A DNA stretch of 64,000 bases from an uncultured Chthoniobacterales bacterium (GTDB taxonomy: Bacteria > Verrucomicrobiota > Verrucomicrobiia > Chthoniobacterales > CALDSX01), in contig CALDSX010000015.1 of assembly GCA_937924445.1 (NCBI GenBank), positions 986 to 64,985 of the forward strand, in the 5' to 3' direction. The position numbers and the translations under genes were made by a program. The notes below the pieces were generated by a model. That model saw only the letters and a program-made list of their open reading frames with translations. It was not told the origin of the DNA and searched no databases. This document shows, piece after piece, positions 63,101 to 64,000 of this stretch. The stretch's first letter is position 1. Every line of letters begins with the position of its first letter.

Positions 63101-64000
63101 TGCCGTTGGCGTCAAGACCGCTTTCGCCCGGGTTCACCCAGATATTTGCGGCAAGGTCAGGGTGAGTGTAATCAATCCCTGTGTCAATAACGCCGACTAA
63201 TATGTTGGTCGAGCCAGTCTGTTTGTCCCAGGCTTCCAAAGCAGAGATATGAGCACCGTTGGATGCCATCGAAAGCGTAACTGACTCTCCGACGCGAGGC
63301 AGCAAAGCCAAGCCGTTTTGATTGTTCAAAGCTAGAACTGGCAGCCAATTTCCAAAATCTCTGAGGCTTCCATACATACTGGGGATATTGCTTGAGTCGT
63401 GGTAAATTAAAACTGCCACGGCTCCGGCTGCTCTGGCATTTCTCGCTTTATCCGCATATGAGATCTCGCCCCTTTTGATAAGGACAATTGACCCGGCCGC
63501 TGAGGGGGGGAAATCCCCCGCTTTACCAAGCTTCGCATCAACCAGTGGCGCTGTTAGACCTGTCGCTGGAAGGAGTGGTGAATAAGCCATGAGGGAGCTA
63601 CCCGAGTATGTTTTGTTGCCTACGGTAATAAGCGCTGCATGAAGGTTATTCATTCCCCACAGGTGATTCAGGTGAGTGTCGTTTGGAACCGACAGCGCCT
63701 CGACCAAGTAATCCGGTTCGGTCCGCCCCAAAACAGTCAGAGCATTTAGAGCTTTTTCAAAGCGGCTGGCCAGCGTCTCTGGTTCGCCTTCAAAAGAGAT
63801 GATATAAGTTTTAGGGGCTAGCATTTTTTTACGAACCGAGTAGCCCATGCCTTGCACTCGGGCGATGAAATCTCGTTCATCGGACTGCGTCTCGTTTTTG
63901 ACGAGCAGATGGTCGGCGACCATCACACTGGTCTGTTTCTCTCTCCCGTCAACAGAGTCCGATTCGAGAATGCGCAGATAAGGATATTTTAAACCGACAG
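57162..64000 (-). CDS. Giant secreted subtilisin-like (S8) serine protease with a PA domain, Ig/cadherin/PKD-like repeats, propeller-like regions and a CBM-like domain. The N-terminus probably lies beyond the window end.
   Basis: The track ORF is 57162..63926 (2254 aa). The same frame stays open, with no stop, from 63927 to 64000 (..VGLKYPYLRILESDSVDGREKQTSVMVADH). The catalytic triad motifs are VIDTGIDYTHPDL (Asp ~63185), HGTHCAGTIAA (His ~62993) and SGTSMACPHVAG (Ser ~62510). A PA-like segment GSIVLIKRGEISYADKARNARAAGAVAVLIY and a PKD domain WSFGDGTPESS..HTYVAPGLYTASLTVTTADG are also present. Confidence 0.9.
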   Translation of the reverse strand, partial: VGLKYPYLRILESDSVDGREKQTSVMVADHLLVKNETQSDERDFIARVQGMGYSVRKKMLAPKTYIISFEGEPETLASRFEKALNALTVLGRTEPDYLVEALSVPNDTHLNHLWGMNNLHAALITVGNKTYSGSSLMAYSPLLPATGLTAPLVDAKLGKAGDFPPSAAGSIVLIKRGEISYADKARNARAAGAVAVLIYHDSSNIPSMYGSLRDFGNWLPVLALNNQNGLALLPRVGESVTLSMASNGAHISALEAWDKQTGSTNILVGVIDTGIDYTHPDLAANIWVNPGESGLDANGKDKRTNGIDDDGNGFIDDVHGWDFANDDNDPMDDNRHGTHCAGTIAAEGNNSQGVVGVAWRARLAGIKFLSGIGSGYISDGVDAVYYSTLIGVHITSNSWGGGPKLQALIDAIEDANQHGILFVAAAGNSNNSDPAFPAGYPNENIISVAASDAWDNRAYFSNYGLPHTDLAAPGVFILSTVPAAIKSPPYDALSGTSMACPHVAGVAALLKSQAPGMTHLEIRERILETVDKIPSLTGLVATGGRLNANAALEGIPSSTKLELASFEVDDSTGGNGDGVANPGESIQFYFTFRNVGYESANNVSATLQSADPHVTISNSTTNFTQIPRRGQATASSPVVIQISPFAPTHHNFSGTLVLTDSQGRITNASFTLPISISYRVSGSVILDGQPKADALVEFSGPLSGTLTTGPGGNFEFFVCNGNFSLTAQVAGEPYSKTNALVFSTPGDVSGLVLSMQTATISGIVKDKLSGSPVPLAKVILKDVTEKTVFAGADGRFSLTRIYGRSQTFDIFAEKRPLYTFPTSTTQVTVPPDALGLNLQLGNPSVSTDVPFLEINLNPGEAARRVLTLSNFGGGDLAWSLTGIVNKFGTSGQLLKRFDFPESLYLYPEGVAYDGRYLYAYDGLNSPSSGALYKIDPEADPVANPTGVVQTLRVSDIIPGFNAYYSWLGCYDGQFLWFQVPVNLPNNINRKIITLVAVDPESGMIAKTLNIDPRLYIQTTGDWLYGGEANLEAFGENAFWFRTMQVDAEEAALKYYITKVDHNTGEVIAQFPVPAELVAPNDQNLRPSFSGLEYSGGALWLIQNHHANYPNSQIPVFRKIFKIDPKSGAVLDTINAPERGNVGIVADLKGALWIWSNYRELGSSVEEKCLSMIDSGERFWLFADKTIGKIAENGSSEIEINIDGTILGNGVHHGAIHISTNDPEKPVFILPVIVSVGSSLPGNEIPVISAATPPSPVEISETETSTFSISASDSDGDPLSYVWSLDGKTIPGVTGSSWQYQTSYKDAGIHGVAVSVTDGRGGVASHLWQVTVVNTNRPPIAQNASYSVANHESISIKLEASDEDGEPLTWTLLNSPASGTLNGTAPDLHYTPAPGYLGTVNFEFKVNDAKDDSNIATVTIFVGNRVAVVSGGPFNVSTSNGQTVTRTFTLKNDGSLPLLWTSPVASQNLPLNAGRIMTKVGPIPDFYSWVSMGLDFDGDHVLWGSMKLGTHNEWQYSGIARLNPNTGALVGNLFPTAVTRDEYFFKYHYIMKMAYQQGMIWAINTNSVSTGLGNQITQYRVDETANRLVTVKRLPFVRGELPQMPDGLALGMESLWVTGPQVPGLPDWCGIYRLELGTKTRIARFPGPPEYLIYGGPASYWNGALWLSNASSGKFYKVNPFNGQTLQEIPLVQNLSFEDLAADNEGGIFAKKGAYFYRVDTGEYVRMSPSSGSIAPGETKTITVTFDPMRCGVGIHQSEIYVLTNDPHNPSTTIPVIFEVTSSGIGNPPRIIGYDPASPVTTKARKHLKLTVAAEDLDNDPLTVYWTVNGAVQRLYNDKFTFDFIAPDTGGNSTIGVTVSDNNGNSVSHSWLVQSTQVPLTVEPLAQPESGPVPLNVAFKAYVDGGIGTDGPYCAEPGMVVIEAENYHRYKDYRSGRTSAYLLNSSAPSGDSVDGILYTWIMSSTYPPPVLQWSNTAEVEYDINFPTSGTYHLWMRVSSDNNNENSIWVGMDGTQVGGAFDDVDGEPKFEWRWVRHTETFNVTSGMHTLNLRAREHEYRVDRLLLTTDETFTPTEVGPRWKSPGLPKFNYSWSFGDGTPESSQMSPVHTYVAPGLYTASLTVTTADGQSATGNVTVRVQNTYSNWAATHLESLPENQRGPLDTPSGSKYPNLLRYALGITNLADSGQGVVETEITTGSDGKKYLSLRYRRDPLAADVDLRVEVSADLNDWDWNEGSDIVTLIEEILNNPNGTQTILERDTVPLDHAQRRFIRIKVSKRP

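Noticed and set aside
1-64000. A scan by eye for CRISPR repeats, IS or transposase, integrase or phage genes, toxin-antitoxin pairs, restriction-modification and known defence systems
   Set aside because: No regularly spaced direct repeats, no transposase, integrase or recombinase motifs, and no nuclease/ATPase pairs typical of defence islands were seen. The tRNA-Glu has no adjacent integrase. This is a negative result by inspection only and needs confirmation with dedicated tools.

Overview
About nine-tenths of this window is coding. It reads as core chromosome of a PVC-superphylum bacterium, most likely Verrucomicrobiota. That assignment is an inference from a TIGR03790-like protein, a HemQ-type chlorite-dismutase family protein, DciA, a stand-alone CoaC, Shine-Dalgarno-poor starts and a giant secreted multidomain protease. 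I call 52 protein genes, one tRNA-Glu(CUC) and one heavily degraded pseudogene. Two of the genes are open at the window edges: rimO at the left edge, which is absent from the ORF track, and the giant protease at the right. Most content is housekeeping: argB/argJ, rnd, rho, coaE, rpsU, glyQS, DAHP synthase, recQ, fabG, dnaE, cca, accA, acpP, glnE, dinG, dtd, recN, thiH/thiS, nif3, mpg and feoAB. I found no rRNA, CRISPR array, transposase or integrase, prophage or recognisable defence island, and I cannot point to a convincing new multigene system. The best second-look candidates are: (1) a translationally coupled SixA / 147-aa mini-kinase-like / PP2C cassette at 15968-17799; (2) a 625-aa protein with a complete GreA module behind a ~470-aa extension at 42997-44874; (3) an AT-richer gene of more than 2254 codons for a subtilase with duplicated modules at 57162-64000; (4) a LysM/YkuD-like protein lacking the catalytic Cys and coupled to accA; (5) a decayed Gfo/Idh/MocA pseudogene; and (6) a 416-nt AT-rich spacer between convergent genes. 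All functional calls rest on motif recognition by eye. No database search was run.
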